Below, one piece after another: positions 1 to 14,024 of a DNA stretch of 64,000 nucleotides (positions are counted from its first letter, which is position 1; every line of letters starts with the position of its first letter). The translations under genes were made by a program, and so were the position numbers. This DNA is from the human T2T-CHM13v2.0 reference genome, Homo sapiens: the NCBI RefSeq assembly GCF_009914755.1, contig NC_060932.1; one strand, given 5' to 3'. Under the pieces are notes generated by a model. That model saw nothing but the letters and a program-made list of their open reading frames with translations. It did no database searches and was not told the origin of the DNA.

Positions 1-629
1 GCTGTTATGAAGTGGCAGAGGGCACTCCAACCCAATCTCACTCCAGAGTCCACATTTGTAATTACCCCACCAAACAGCCACAGCACTTGATCCCCAAGAG
101 GGTGGCATGAAATGCTCAATGCCTTATGTTCAGAGCAGGCAGATTTTGACTTCAGTAGGCAAGATCTCTCAGACTTCTGTTTGACTTCCATCAATATGTA
201 CTTAAGCCCCAGGGAGCTTCCCCAGACAAACTATGTGCTGCTCTCCTCAAGACAGGCGCATTTGCTCAGCACACCCATTTCCATCAGCATTTTTTTTTTT
301 TTTGAGTTTACTGCTCAGTTGGGGCAGCTGCACCATCAGCAACCCATCTGGCAAAAGCTGCAGCCCACTTATCTGTAAAGGATGCACCAGGAGGGCTTGA
401 CAAAAGGGAGCAGCTTTGCTACCAGCAGCAGGATCCCATTTGGAAACAGAAGCAGGGGTCCTGGAGTCCTGCAGTCACTACTCTGCAGGCCCAGCCAACC
501 CTGGCAGCAGGAGCCAGTTGCTATGGGACAACTCTGTTAACTTTTGTGCATAAGAACTGCTTACCAGAGTCTCAGCTGTCCCCACCTCCCTTCAAACAAA
601 ACAGTGTCAGCAGAACCCCTGTCCTACAG

Positions 630-720
630 AAAACAAACAAACAAACAAACAAAAACCCTATGGAGTCAGAACTCACTAGGAAAACAGTAAACCAAACTAA
701 ACCAAAAGCAAAACAAACTC
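630..720 (+). repeat. Degenerate (CAAA)n / A-rich simple repeat
   Basis: aaacaaacaaacaaacaaacaaaaac followed by further A-rich C-interrupted runs. Confidence 0.7.
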
Positions 721-1418
721 AAACTTCATCATAGAAAAATGGCTTACAGCCTGGGTTCTACAACTGGGGTCTGTAGCATGTACTCCTAGTGCTTCAGAAT
801 TTCTATTTTAGGAATGAATCCTTTCTTCTTGGTATTCTGGCATCCTCCTTAAAACTGTTGAACTCTCCCTTGGGTTTATTTAGTTATTTTTCAAAAAAGC
901 AAGTGGGGAAGCATTAAGTCTGTCACTGGAAGAAGCGTAATGCTGGGAACGAGGGAACTGGTTTCACGGTGGGTGGCTTTGACATGGCAGCTCTTCCAGA
1001 GCTCTAGCCCAGAGGCTGGATGGCCAGCAACAGGTGCACCTTTGATAGCAAAGGAGCTGCCTTGAAGAGGGGCTCAGAAAACTCAGTGCACTTCAGGAAG
1101 AAGCCCGGGGAACTGTGAAGCACACCTCACCTTGAAGTCTTCCCAAGGTGGTAAAAAGGTATTACTTTTAAGATGGGCTCCCAGCAGTCCTTCTTCACAT
1201 GGATCAGGACTCCACCTACAGTTCTGGCCAGATGGAAGCCATCCCTGATGTGAGAAGGCAGCAATTGCTCATCACAGCAGAGAGGAGCGAGCAACGGTGA
1301 GATTGAAAGGGAACAAGTGCAGAGTGAGGAAGTAATGTCTACAGGGCATTTGAGGACTGAGGCACAGGCTCTGGGCTCAGAAGTTTTAGGGAATGGCAGC
1401 TGCCAAATGCTAGCATTA

Positions 1419-1863
<445 letters not shown>

Positions 1864-2404
1864 TTACCATTTGGGAACAGAAGAGTAACATCTTGACAGT
1901 CTGTTCTCCACAGGGAAATACTGAGATATATCACAGAAGGTCATGTTTATTCCAGGATTAACAATCATAAAAGTTAGAGATACCCCTGAAATACATAAGG
2001 CTTATAACCTCGAAACTGAGAAAACTGTTCTTTGTTTACTAATGTCTAATAATTCCACTTCTCCCAGGGGATCAGATGTATGAAGTTACGTTTGCTTCAG
2101 TCAATTGAGAATGGCGGAAGTGATTCTATGCCATTAAGTCATAAAAAGTCAAGCAGTTTCCACCAGATTCAATTAGGGGCCTCCCTCTCAGAACCCATAA
2201 ACTCCCCTAAGAGATACTCCAGCCACATGGAGATGCCATGTGCAGATATTTTAAGTCTTCAAGTAATGCTAGCCTACGTAACAGATATGTGAAGAAAAAA
2301 GGCCTGAGTTTATTCCAGATCCCAGCTATTTAAGTCATCCTAGCTAAGGCCTCATTGAGCAAGGACCATGAGTGATTTGCCATGAAAATTTAGGATAGGA
2401 ATCT

Positions 2405-2700
<296 letters not shown>

Positions 2701-2954
2701 AAACAAAACAAAACAAAAAACCTCCCAAAACAAAAATAGCACAAGTATGAAATGGTGTACCGTAACCATCGATGTATTTGTTATCTAGGATTTGCTGTTT
2801 GTTTAATGTACAAAAATTAAAGGGATCTATTATTCATCTTGGTAAGTATGATACAGTTATTTTTATGTTTTCTATTTTTTGCATTATGAATATAATTCCA
2901 AGATAAATATGATGAAATGTGAAATAGTGTTCTTAGGTAACACTATTTTTATTT

Positions 2955-3130
2955 TTCTAAGTGCCACATATTGTTCTAACACTTTGAACATTAAGTAGTT
3001 TAATCCTCACATTCTCATAAGTTATTTTTATCATTTTACAAAAAAAAATAGAAACTGAGGCATAAAGTGGTTAAGCAGCTTTTCAAAAAATGATGCATGG
3101 TAGATAGCAAAGCTGAGATTTTAACCTAGA
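2955..3130 (-). mobile_element. MIR relic
   Basis: MIR core in reverse: CATTTTACA...GAAACTGAGGCATAAAGTGGTTAAG. Confidence 0.6.
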
Positions 3131-4199
3131 CATTACCCATGTCTAGACCCCTATGTTTTGTTGACTCTGTGACTGTCACAATGGCACATTAAAAATGCTA
3201 ATCATCTGTGGTCTCATAAATGCCATTCTGCCAGTAGGTGACAGTTTGGAAATGACGCAGGACTATGTGGAGTCCTTTTCATCCCTCATCACCACCCCCT
3301 GAATTAGGAGAACTGATAGATAGTTCACATGTTTCAGGAAGTCATTTAAAAATATTAAATAGGATGGTCAACTCAGACAGTAGAGAGGCTAGTCAGAAAG
3401 TGTAGCTCAAGTCTTCCTGCAGAGCAGTTGGGCTCAGATAGAATCGAGGGACAGAGTTCTTGCTAGAAGAAAACGATTTCTTTCGAGTCCTGAAATAAGT
3501 CCTATCTGCAGCTTCCACTTCCTATGGGCATTTATGTCTTCAAGATCACATCTTCCATTATCTCGCCAGCTTCCTATGCAATCATAGGTGAGAGAACCGC
3601 TTCCTAGGTCTCCAGCTTCATAGTTTTTTTCTGAGAAGTTGATTTTTTGGGTACATTTAAAAAATCTGTATATGTCCTTTTTTTGGATAAGTACCATGTG
3701 AAAATGGGAAAATAAAAATCAAATCACAAATCAGAAGAACTAACTTGTGGTTTTGGTTCTGGGCGTAACTAGCAGAAAGACTTTAAACTTACCATTTCCC
3801 TTCGATGGGCCTATGTTTGCTCATCTATAATATGAAGTTTCATCCCATTAATTCAAGCAGAAAACATTTTTAAAGTGTCTTTTGTGTGCCAAACACAATA
3901 AAAGGCGCTGGGGAAATGATAGGGGAAGACCCAGTCCTGATCTCCACACAACTTAGAGGGTATTTGTTTTTCTACAGTAGGATACTGCACATAACATAAC
4001 TGATATCAGTGCAATGATATAGATATATTTTTTGGGTAGGGGGAAGGGCATGTAAGAATTTGGGACAGATAATCCCCAAAGTTCTTTTATTTAGGTATAA
4101 TTTTCAAAATAGTTAACAAAGAGTAAGGGAATGCATTGCCAAGTCCAAAACTATGCACGAGTATCATGCACCAGCTAACTATTGACCTTGCCTCTAAAG

Positions 4200-4767
4200 T
4201 TATAGCAAACACTGCTTTTTGCCTCATTTCTTCTTTGCTAACGATGTTTAGTTTTGTTCAAGTGGAAATGTGCCAGGTCCCAGGAGATGAACTGTGGTTA
4301 TTCTCAGTTGAGCCTCTGGATAGCATCTCCTCCATAAGTGATTGATCTAGGGGTAATATTGGCTCAATTCAGACCAGTGAAATGTAAGATAATGTCTGCT
4401 GGAGAGCTTCCAGGAAAGATTTTTCTTCCAGATGAAATGAGAGGGTCACAAGAAGAACCCTCTCTCACTTGCTGTTTTGTTCACTTCTTCCTCTCTCCGA
4501 GAGCCCTGGTCACTCTCCTATTTCCTACCCTTGGGCACAGTCATATGAAGATTTTATATCCAGTGTTGAAGTAGTCACTTGGCAACCCCAAAGAGAATGG
4601 CAAGAAAATCTCAGACATATCCACCAGCTCCGACTTGGAGGTGCTGTACCCATTTAGAATCCAAATGCCTATAGATTTATTATTAAGTAAAAATATATAT
4701 CACATGGCTTAAACCACTCAGTCAAATTTTCTATTATTTGCTGCTAAATACATTCCTAACTCATGCA
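4200..4767 (+). mobile_element. Old MaLR LTR (MLT1J/K/L-like)
   Basis: MLT1-like 3' end (TTAAACCACT...TTTTCTATTATTTGCTGCTAAATACATTCCTAACTCATGCA) and internal GGAAAGATTTTTCTT motif; boundaries approximate. Confidence 0.5.
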
Positions 4768-5974
4768 GTGGTATAATATTTTCTGGCACTGAACTTCCTA
4801 TTTATGAGCAAGAGAAACTTGTGTAAAGTGAAGACTCTAATTATATCTTTTAGACATACCTAGCTCAGAGGTTCCTCTAGGCTGGCATATTTGGAAGGTT
4901 TAGCTTTTTAAATCAATCAATCCAAGAGAACTGCCTCTTCCCTTTTAGGTCTGCCCCATTTTCCCCAGGACTGCTCCAGTGGCATGGTTCTTTGATGCTC
5001 TGTGAAAAGGTCATGTCAACAAAGGCCTCTTTGTTCCCAGGTGGGAATTCCAGGCTCTGCAAGGGACAAATATGGCATACTACATTTAGACATAGGTTCT
5101 TTTCCCCTTCAGCCTCTCACATTTCTGTCCTATTCTGACCCTTGTGGAGAAGAGATTGCTTAAAATAATATCTTTTTGTAAGTTATGCTAAGAAATGGTA
5201 AATATCCTACAAATAATTGTTTTTATGTTTGCTTTACCTCAGAAAGTAAGAGATCCATAACTTACATGCTAAGCCCAACTCACATCAGATCTAGACCCAT
5301 TCTCTTCAGGATTTTGGGTTGACAGAGATAGGGGAAGCAATGCAACTGTGTTTGAATTACCTGAAATACAAAGCTCAGGGTTTTAAAATGGTAAATGTAG
5401 ATTCAGTAGGTCCCAGTGGATAAGGAATCTGAACTACAGTTTAAACATAATAGGGAACTCTTACAGGAACAAAATGTCTCTGAGGTTAGGGAATGCAGGG
5501 GATTATGGCAAGTTTAGAGGTTGCACATGGTGTAAAAGTCATGAAACTTAAGTAGCTACTTGCTCTGGAGCGATATTTTTGGAAGATTGGAAACTGCTGA
5601 GAAAGCATGTGTTAAATTATTGACCACCTGGCAGAAAAAAGATGGAAGGACTCCCAGCTTTTGATGAGGTTAGAAATATTTTTGCATCATTGAAGAGAGG
5701 AGGATGTCATGAGGGGAGATACATTTTGCAAGGCTTGAGCAAGTACTGGTGGGAATCTCATAAACCTCAGCTCTGCCACTCCACTTCATGCATTTTGAGA
5801 GGTCTAAAGGATTCACCCTGTTATTTCGATTCATTCAGATGGCAGAGAACAAAAGTTGCCCACAATCAGAGAAACAAACAGCAAGGGGAACCAGGACCAG
5901 AAAGAGAAGCAGAAAATATTGTACAGAAGCAAATGTATAAGTTTCTTCAAAAACAAGTAAAGTGTGAACTTCTT

Positions 5975-6437
<463 letters not shown>

Positions 6438-6700
6438 TCAAGAAGCTCTTGGTGCTATTTTACATGTCTGCCCAAGCCTACTCCATCAGGGGGATTTCAG
6501 TGCCTTCTCCATGAGGTTAGTGGACTCACCTAAAACAGGGAGAGTTATGCCCAGCAGAGCTGGAGAGCAAGTATCAGGTATTTACATACCCCAATTAGCT
6601 GTGAATGACATTGAGTCCCACATTCAGCTACCACAGCTAATGGGACCTCAATGATCTGAGCCTAGAAACATGCCTTAGCTGGCTCCCTCCCTTCAAACAT

Positions 6701-7001
6701 TTTCTTTTTTTTTGTTTTTCTGAGATGGAGTCCCGCTCTGTCACCCAGGCTGGAGTGCGGTGGCGCGATCTTGGCCCAGTGCAACCTTCCACCTCCCAGG
6801 TTCAAGAGATTCTCCTGCCTCAGCCTCCTGAGTAGCTGGGATTATAGGTGCATGCCACCACGCCCGGCTAATTTTTGAATTTTTAGTAGAGATGGGGTTT
6901 CACCATATTGGTCAGGCTGGTCTCAAACTCCTGACCTCGTGATCTGCCCACCTCGGCATCCCAAAGTGCTAGGATTACAGGCATGAGCCACCGGGCTGGC
7001 C
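6701..7001 (-). mobile_element. Full-length AluS
   Basis: T-rich tail followed by reverse-complement Alu ending GAGCCACCGGGCTGGCC. Confidence 0.95.
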
Positions 7002-7095
7002 TTCGTACACTTTCATACAGATATTTCTCCTAATAAAATTCTTGCATGTATAACCTGTCTTGGCATCTGTTTCTCGGAAAACCTGGACTAATGCA
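7002..7095 (+). mobile_element. 3' end of an ERVL-type LTR (LTR16/LTR33-like), probably interrupted by the preceding Alu
   Basis: AATAAA followed by TCTTGCA...CCTGTCTTGGCATCTGTTTCTCGGAAAACCTGGACTAATGCA, resembling ERVL LTR 3' termini. Confidence 0.5.
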
Positions 7096-7106
7096 AGAGT
7101 TTTCTA

Positions 7107-7342
7107 GATCATGCATTTTCAATGTGGGTGACATCACCATATTGATGAGGTATGGGGATAAAAATTGGTTCTTGGGTGCACAAGAAAACTATGATATAAT
7201 AGTTTGTGTCCTTCTAAAGGGCCATTGTACAAAAACAGATATACTACATCTCTGGTATTAAAATTTTATGGGGTTGGGTGGGAGAGATATATCTAAAAAG
7301 ACTCCTTGTGGGGACATAATTTTAAAAGGTTGAGAAACTCTT
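7107..7342. mobile_element. hAT-Charlie-type DNA transposon relic (MER113-like)
   Basis: Degenerate TIR-like ends (CATGCATTTTCAA ... TTGAGAAACTCT) and internal AAAATTGGTTCTTGGG motif. Confidence 0.4.
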
Positions 7343-7759
7343 CAAAATGAATAATTCTGCCTGAGAGCAGTGGTTTCAGAGCTTGCATTAAAAATGTCTC
7401 CATGAATTCCTCATAGTCAAGCCATATGTGAACATGCCTCTCTGATTGTGAGGTATGGATTAAAGGACCCAGAACAGATGAACTAGGACTGATTAATACA
7501 CCCTGCCCCAAACTTAGGAGGTTTTAGATACTCAGTAAGAAGCCAGTGGTTCTCAACTTTAGCCCTAAGAAGTAAGAACTTCCCCATATGCTTACTGCTC
7601 CATCATGCCTGGACGTATCCCAGGGCAACCCTCTGGAGATCTCTTCCTTGATAGCACAACTTTAAGTCTGTAACAATTATTACCTGGATAGCCAAGAGCA
7701 CCTTGAAAAACTGTTGGAAGGTATTGCTTGATGGATCTCTTGCAATTTTTTACATTTTG

Positions 7760-7980
7760 TGATGAGGTATTGACAGTTTATTTCCTAAATACCTTAAAAT
7801 GACATTTCTATAGCAAACAGCCTTTGAAGATGGAAATAGTGTCTCCCTCCAAGGAAGAGGGAATATCTGTTTCCTGACCAGGATAGTAAAGATAATGGAA
7901 CCTCCAGATCAGAGGTTGGGCATGTTTGCTAGGAGCCTCCTTATAAGATTCGGGGTTGACTGAACTTGGGACTCTTTAGA
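7760..7980 (+). mobile_element. ERVL-type LTR fragment (family uncertain)
   Basis: AGCAAACAGCCTTTGAAGATGGAAATAGTGTCTCCCTC ... CTTATAAGATTCGGG, resembling an LTR U3/TATA region. Confidence 0.4.
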
Positions 7981-8809
7981 CTCTTCATGGTCCTTAACAA
8001 AAGCATGACCAGGGAGGAATCTTGTCCTTCCTCAGTGAGGAAGTAAACCGAGCAAGAAGATGAAGAGAATGACCGACATCCAAGATTGGGGATTCGATGG
8101 TGCTTTTTCTTTGAGAGAGACTGGTGCTCATTTTCCTGCAACATCAGGGGAGAGTAAGTCACTTCCCATTGACCTTAACCTAGATGCCCTAGAATCCAAG
8201 CTTGCAAAACCCAGTTGATGCAGTCAGAATGAGAATGTGGTGAAGATGTAGCATAGTCTCTGCTCCACATTCCATGTGACTAGACGCTTAGGGTGCTCTG
8301 ATGCAGCCATTCCTTCCACTCAGCTCTATCTAACAACTAGTGGAAGAAGAAGCAGAACCCCATTGTTCTGAAGATGGAAAAACTATACAGGGCAACAGAG
8401 TGGCAAGGTCACCTACATGCCCTTCACTGCATGACATCGTCATCTGAGTGAAAGTTTCTTTTAGTTTTATTACATATTAGAGCTATTCTAAGAGAAATCA
8501 ATAAACAAAAGAGAGTCCACTCTATCTTGTAGATGCTTCATGCTAAAGAATGTGTGTCTATTCTTCACATAGAACTAGGAGTTGTGGGAGAATAATGGTT
8601 TTATGGTGAAAGGGAGAGTATGAAAAAAAAAAGAGGTGGTAATGGGATGCCTATCCCAATGAACTTCCTAGAAATCCAAAGGGAAAAAAAGGAAATTACA
8701 AAGAAACTTATACTGGACTGTAAAAGTGTTCATGATAAGCCAGTATATAATTATTCTATGATACTATATGTAATATATATTATATATAATATTACTATAA
8801 TTTTTACTA

Positions 8810-9030
8810 AAATTTATTGAGGACCTACTATATTCCAGCCACTGTTCAAAATGCCCTATTAACTCAATTAACTTTCTCAGCAGCACTCTGAGATAAGACC
8901 ATTATTATTCCCATTTTATACATGGAAAAATGAAGTCACAAAGACAATAGTAACGTGACAAAAGTTACAGAGTTAATAAGCTCCAATCCAGCCTCCTTAT
9001 TTCCAAAGCCCGCACTCTTGACTTCTCTAA
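8810..9030 (-). mobile_element. MIR relic
   Basis: ATTTATTGAGG...ATTATTCCCATTTTATACATGGAAAAATGAAG MIR core in reverse. Confidence 0.6.
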
Positions 9031-9384
9031 CACTCTACAGCTTCTCTAATATTCTATTTCTCCCTCCCAGATACTCCCAGGCCTCCTTCTATCCCAGGCC
9101 CCAAAACTGTCAGCAGAGGAGTGTTCTGATAATTTTTAAAAACTCTTAAAGTTAATACTGAATCTCATTAAACTTTTCTTGATTTTATGGGGAATCCCAA
9201 ATACCCTGTCATGGTTCAGTTAAACTTCACAGATAATTCAGTTGTTCTGGAAGTTGTGCCTGCAAACCAAGACAGCTGTGCATGTGATCTTCGTGCCTGC
9301 TTACATGGCAATTTCTCTTGCCTTCCTTTTAATTAAGTTGGTTGGTATAATTTTTTGTTGTTCCGATAAGTGAGGCAGTGTTAT

Positions 9385-9495
9385 GTGAGATGCTAACATT
9401 AGGGGAAGCTGGGTGAAAGGTATATGAGAAGTCTTGTACTATCTTATTTCCCTGCTGTAAATCTAAAAGCATTTCAAAATAAAAAGTTAAAAAGT
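9385..9495 (+). mobile_element. Old L1M 3' end fragment
   Basis: GATGCTAACATTAGGGGAAGCTGGGTGAAAGGTATATG...TGTAAATCTAAAA...AAAATAAAAAGTTAAAAA. Confidence 0.6.
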
Positions 9496-9499
9496 AAAT

Positions 9500-9745
9500 G
9501 GTAGAGGACGTAGAGCCTGGTGACTCCTACTGTGAATCTTTAGGCACACCATAGCTCTGCCACTAATTAGTCTATGACCTTGCTTTTCCTTTTGGAGCCT
9601 CAGATTCCTCATCTGCAGGAGGCTGTCAGAATGACAACAGTTATATATGATCATTTTGTGAGGATTAGATTAAATAATGAATATTATGATTTTAGCAGAC
9701 TACCTAGTAAGTGTTCAAAAAATTATAGCTCTATCATTATTATTA
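9500..9745 (+). mobile_element. MIR relic
   Basis: GCTCTGCCACTAATTAG...TGACCTTG...GCCTCAGATTCCTCATCTG...TTGTGAGGATTAGAT. Confidence 0.65.
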
Positions 9746-9921
9746 CTGTAAATAGAGGCCTGTATCTGAATCCATGGAAGACTTCAGATAATTTATAAAA
9801 ACCCTAAAGCTCCACATAAAATTGCCTATGTAGGCTCATGTGCACTGGGCAAAAAGCCTATAGATTCCATTAGATTATCAAAGAGGACCCTTCCAAAGTG
9901 ATCTTAAGAACTCTTGGTTTA

Positions 9922-12549
9922 CAATATCCCTGATGAACATAGATACAAAAATCCTCAACAAAATACTAGCAAACAGAATCCAACAGTATATCAAGAAGAT
10001 AAAACACAATGACCAGATGCATTTTATTCCAGGAATGCAAGGATGGTTCAACATATGGAAATCAATAAATGTGATTCATCACGTAAACTGACTTAAGGAC
10101 AAAAATCTTATAATCTTCTCAACAGATGCAGAAAAAGCATTTGATAAAATTCAGCATCTCTTCATGATAAAAACTCTCAGTAAACTAAGCATAGAAGGAA
10201 CATACTTCAAATTAAAAAGGCCGTATATAACAAACCCACAGCCAACATCATACTGAATGGAGAAAAGTTGAAAGCATTCCACCTACAAACTAGAACAAGA
10301 CAAAGATGCCCACTTTTGCCACTCCTATTCAACATAATACTGGAAGTCCTAGACAGAACAATCAGGCAAGAGAAAGAAATGAAAGGCATCCAAATTGAAA
10401 AATTGGAAGTCAAATTATCTCTGTTCACTGACAGTATGATCTTATAACTAGAAAACCGTAAAGTAAGCTTGTCTATCCCATGACCCATGGGCCATATGTG
10501 GCCCAGGACAGCTTTGAATGAGGCCCGATATAAATGTGTAAATTTTTTTAAGACATTATGAGATTTATGCATGGACTTCTTTTTTTTAAAGCTCATCAGC
10601 TATGGTTGGTGTTTTTGTATTTTATATGTGTCCCAAGACAATTCTTTTTCCAGTGTGGCCCAGAGAAACCAAAAGATTGGACATACCTGCCCTAAAGATT
10701 CCTCAAATGAATTTGGTAAAGTTTCAGGATACAAAATCAACATACAAAAGTCAGTAGCATTTATACACACGAATAACAATCAAGCTGAGAACCAAATCAA
10801 GAAGTCAATCCCACTTACAGTAGCTACAAAAAAAAGAAAGAAAAAAAAAACTAGGAATATATTTAACCGAGAAGATGAAAGATCTCTACAAGGAAAACAA
10901 TAAAATATTGATGAAAGAAATTGTAGATGACAAAAACAAATGGAAGAACATCCCTTGCTCATGGATTGGAAGAATTAATATCATTAAAATGACCATGCTA
11001 CCCAAAGCAATCTGCAGATTTAATACAATTCCTATAAACATACTTCCACGTTTCACAGAATTAGAAAAAACAATTCTAAAATTCATATGGAACCAGAAAA
11101 GAGCACAAATAGCTAAAGCAATCCTAAGTAAAAAGAACAAAGCTACAGGAATCACATTAACTGACTTCAAATTATACTACAAGGCTGTAATAGTCAAAAG
11201 AGTATGGCACTGGTATCAAAGTAGACATAGAGATCAATGGAACAGAATGGTGAACCCAGAAGTAAAGCCACATATCTACAGCCAATTGATCTTTGGCAAA
11301 GTCAACCAAAACATACACTAAGGAAAGGGCACCCTTTTCAACAAATAGTGCTTGGAAAATTGGATTGCTATATGCAGAAGACCCCTATCTCTCACCACAT
11401 AAAAAGTCATCTCAAGATAGATTAAAGAGTTAAATGTAAGACCTAAAACTATAAAAGTACTGGAAGAAAACCTCAGGAAAACTGTTTTGAACATTGGTCT
11501 AGGCAAAAAACTTATGACTAAGACTTCAAAAGCACAAGCCCAAAAAGCAAAAATAGACAAATGAGACTTTATCAAACCAAAAAGCTTCTGCACAGCAAAG
11601 GAAATAGCCAACAGAGTGAACTGCCTGTCAGAATAGGATAGAGTATTTGCAAACTATAGATCTGACAGGTGACTGATATCCAGAAATTACAACGAATTCA
11701 AACAACTCAACAACAACAAAAAATAACCCCACTAAAAAGTGGGTAAAGGACATGAATAGTCATTTTCAAAAGAAGACATACAAATGACCAATAAGCATAT
11801 GAAAAATGCTCAACATCACGAGTCATCACAGCAATGCAAATTAGAACCACAATGAAATATCATCTTGAACAAGTGAGTATGGCTATTACTAAAATATCAA
11901 AAAATAACTTGTTGAGGACAAAAGGAAATTTTTGTATATTGTTGGTAGGAATGTAAATTGGTACAACTTCTATGAAAAACAGTATGGAGAGTTTTCAAAA
12001 AACTATAAAGAAAATTACCATTCAATCCAGCAATCCCACTGTTGGGTATCTATCCAAAGGAAAGGAAATCATTATATTAAAATGATAACTGCACTCATAT
12101 GTTTATCACAGCACTACTTACAGTAGCAAAGATATGGAATCAAATTAAGTATCAATCAACGGATGATTAAAGAAAGTGTGTTTTATATATATACTGGAAT
12201 AATATTCAGCCATTAAAAGAATGAAATTATGCTTTTTGCAGCAACATGGATAGAACTGGAGGCAATTGTCTTAGGTGAAATAACTCAGAAACAAAGTCAA
12301 ATACCGCATGTTCTCACTTATAAGTGGAAGCTAAATAATGTGTATACATGAACATGGAGCATGAAATAACAGTCACTGGAGTTTCAGAAGGGTGGGTGAG
12401 TGAAAGGAGAGTGAGGGATGAGAAATTACTTGACGGGTATACTGTAGGTTATGCAGGTGATGGTTACACTGAAAACCCAGACTTTACCACTGCACAAAAC
12501 TATGCTTGTACCCCTTGATTTTATTCCCATAAAAATCAAATTAAAAAAC
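9922..12549 (+). mobile_element. 5'-truncated LINE-1 (L1PB/L1MA-type), degenerate ORF2 RT and C-terminal region plus 3' UTR
   Basis: ORF2 peptide remnants (e.g. 10875-11321 [17 protein letters not shown]) with many stops and frameshifts; TSD AGAACTCTTGGT(T/C)TA at 9907-9921 and 12550-12564. Confidence 0.95.
10464..10689 (-). mobile_element. MER30 (hAT-Charlie MITE) nested in the L1
   Basis: Matches the reverse complement of MER30 (AAGCTTGTC...AAAAGATTGGACATACCTG); 8-bp TSD CCGTAAAG (10456-10463) / CCCTAAAG (10690-10697). Confidence 0.9.
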
Positions 12550-12789
12550 AGAACTCTTGGTCTAAAAGAAGAGCTTTGAAGAATCTAAGGAGAAAAATGA
12601 GGGACTTCTCTCCAAAGTATATTTTGTGTTTTGGTTTTGTGTGTGTTTATGCAAGTTTATGTTTGCTCAGCGACTGTGCTGCTCAAGTTTTTTCTACATA
12701 TAGATTTATTTTTCCCCTAGGACAGGTTTTGCCTGAAGAAGTAGGACAGAGCATAGGATTTCCAAAAGTGAAGGCGTACACATACAAGG

Positions 12790-13050
12790 GTCACCTCCTC
12801 AGGGAAGACTGACTGAACCTTCTGAAGGAGCCACTTCCGTCACCCTCATTCTGCCTGCTTTACCCTTCTTAGTGATATTTATCACTGCTGGGCATATCTA
12901 CCTGTGCATTTATGACAGTCTGTCTCCCCACTAGCCTGTGAGCACCAGGAGGGCAGGGATATGGGAATTTTTTTTTTTGTTCATTGCTCCATGCTCAGCT
13001 ACTAGAACACAGCCAGGCATTCCCAGACACTCGGTAAATATTAATGCAGT
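12790..13050 (+). mobile_element. L2 3' end
   Basis: CTGTCTCCCCACTAGCCTGTGAGCACCAGGAGGGCAGGGA...CTAGAACACAGCCAGGCA...TAAATATT. Confidence 0.7.
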
Positions 13051-13340
13051 AAATTGAGCTAGCAGTGTGGGGATTGCAGGGAGAAGGGCTTCAGCGAAGT
13101 AAAGCTGGGAGCAGCTCAGCTCCCCCTGGCTCTTTGAATTGTCTGCAGGAAGCTGGGCCTGCCCATCTCTCTGCTCGGATTCCACCCTGGGGCGCATCTA
13201 ACAGTCTTTTCCCCTCTCAGCTTGCATGAGGCCCTCCAGGACGTGGAGGACCACCAAGGGGCTCCTTCCAGCACTGCCTTTCCCATCAGTATTTCTAAGA
13301 GATGCTCTGCTTTTGTAAAGCTAAGACCACAGAGGGATGT

Positions 13341-13735
13341 TGTTATGGGCAAAATTATCCCCCACCGGCAAATCCGTAAATTCATATCCTGAAGCCCTAG
13401 CCTACAGTACAGAATGTGACTCTATTGGGACATAGTGTTTTAAAAGAAGTTATTAACTTCAAATAATGTCATTAGGGTAAGCCCTAATCCAATATGACCA
13501 GTGTCTTTATAAGAAAAAGAGATTAGGACATAGACACATAGAGGAAAGGTCATGAGAGAACACAGTGAGAAGGCAGCCATCTAAAAAGTGAGGAGAGGAA
13601 CCCCAGAGGAAATCAACCCCACTGACACCTTGATCTTGGACTTGGAGTCTCAAGAACCATGAGCGAGTAAATGTCTGTTGTTTATGCCATCCCATGTGTG
13701 GTATTTTGCTATGGCAGCCCTATAAAACAAATAGA
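13341..13735 (+). mobile_element. MaLR solo LTR (MLT1B-like)
   Basis: TGTTATGGG...AGAATGTGAC...CCCTAATCCAATATGAC...GACACCTTGATCTTGGACTT...TATGGCAGCCCTA. Confidence 0.85.
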
Positions 13736-13836
13736 GGTGTTTATCAGTATTTAGGATGTAATCTTAGGCTTCTGTTGAGAGTTGAGCCCTTCAGACAAAA
13801 AGATGGAAGTTCTTGTCTTCCTTCATGTGGTGTGGG

Positions 13837-14024
13837 CAGTGGTTCTCCAAGTGCAGTGCTCAGACCAGTAACATTGGCATCAACTGTGAATTTATTAGAA
13901 ATGGAAATTCACAGGTCCTAACCCAGACCTATAAATCAAAATATCTGGGGATGGAGCCCAGAATCCTGTGCTTTAAAGAGCCACCCCAACCTGCTCCACA
14001 TGTGAAAGTGTGAGAGGATCACTG
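13837..14024. mobile_element. MER5A (hAT-Charlie)
   Basis: TIRs CAGTGGTTCTC ... GAGGATCACTG; internal TTAGAAATGGAAATTC and ATCAAAATATCTGGGGATGGAGCCCAG. Confidence 0.8.

Noticed and set aside
517-532. RFX X-box-like GTTGCTATGGGAC
   Set aside because: The second half-site is imperfect and there is no supporting context
10875-11321. 148-aa ORF2-like ORF as a functional gene
   Set aside because: Fragment of a truncated, MER30-interrupted L1 with a degenerate catalytic motif
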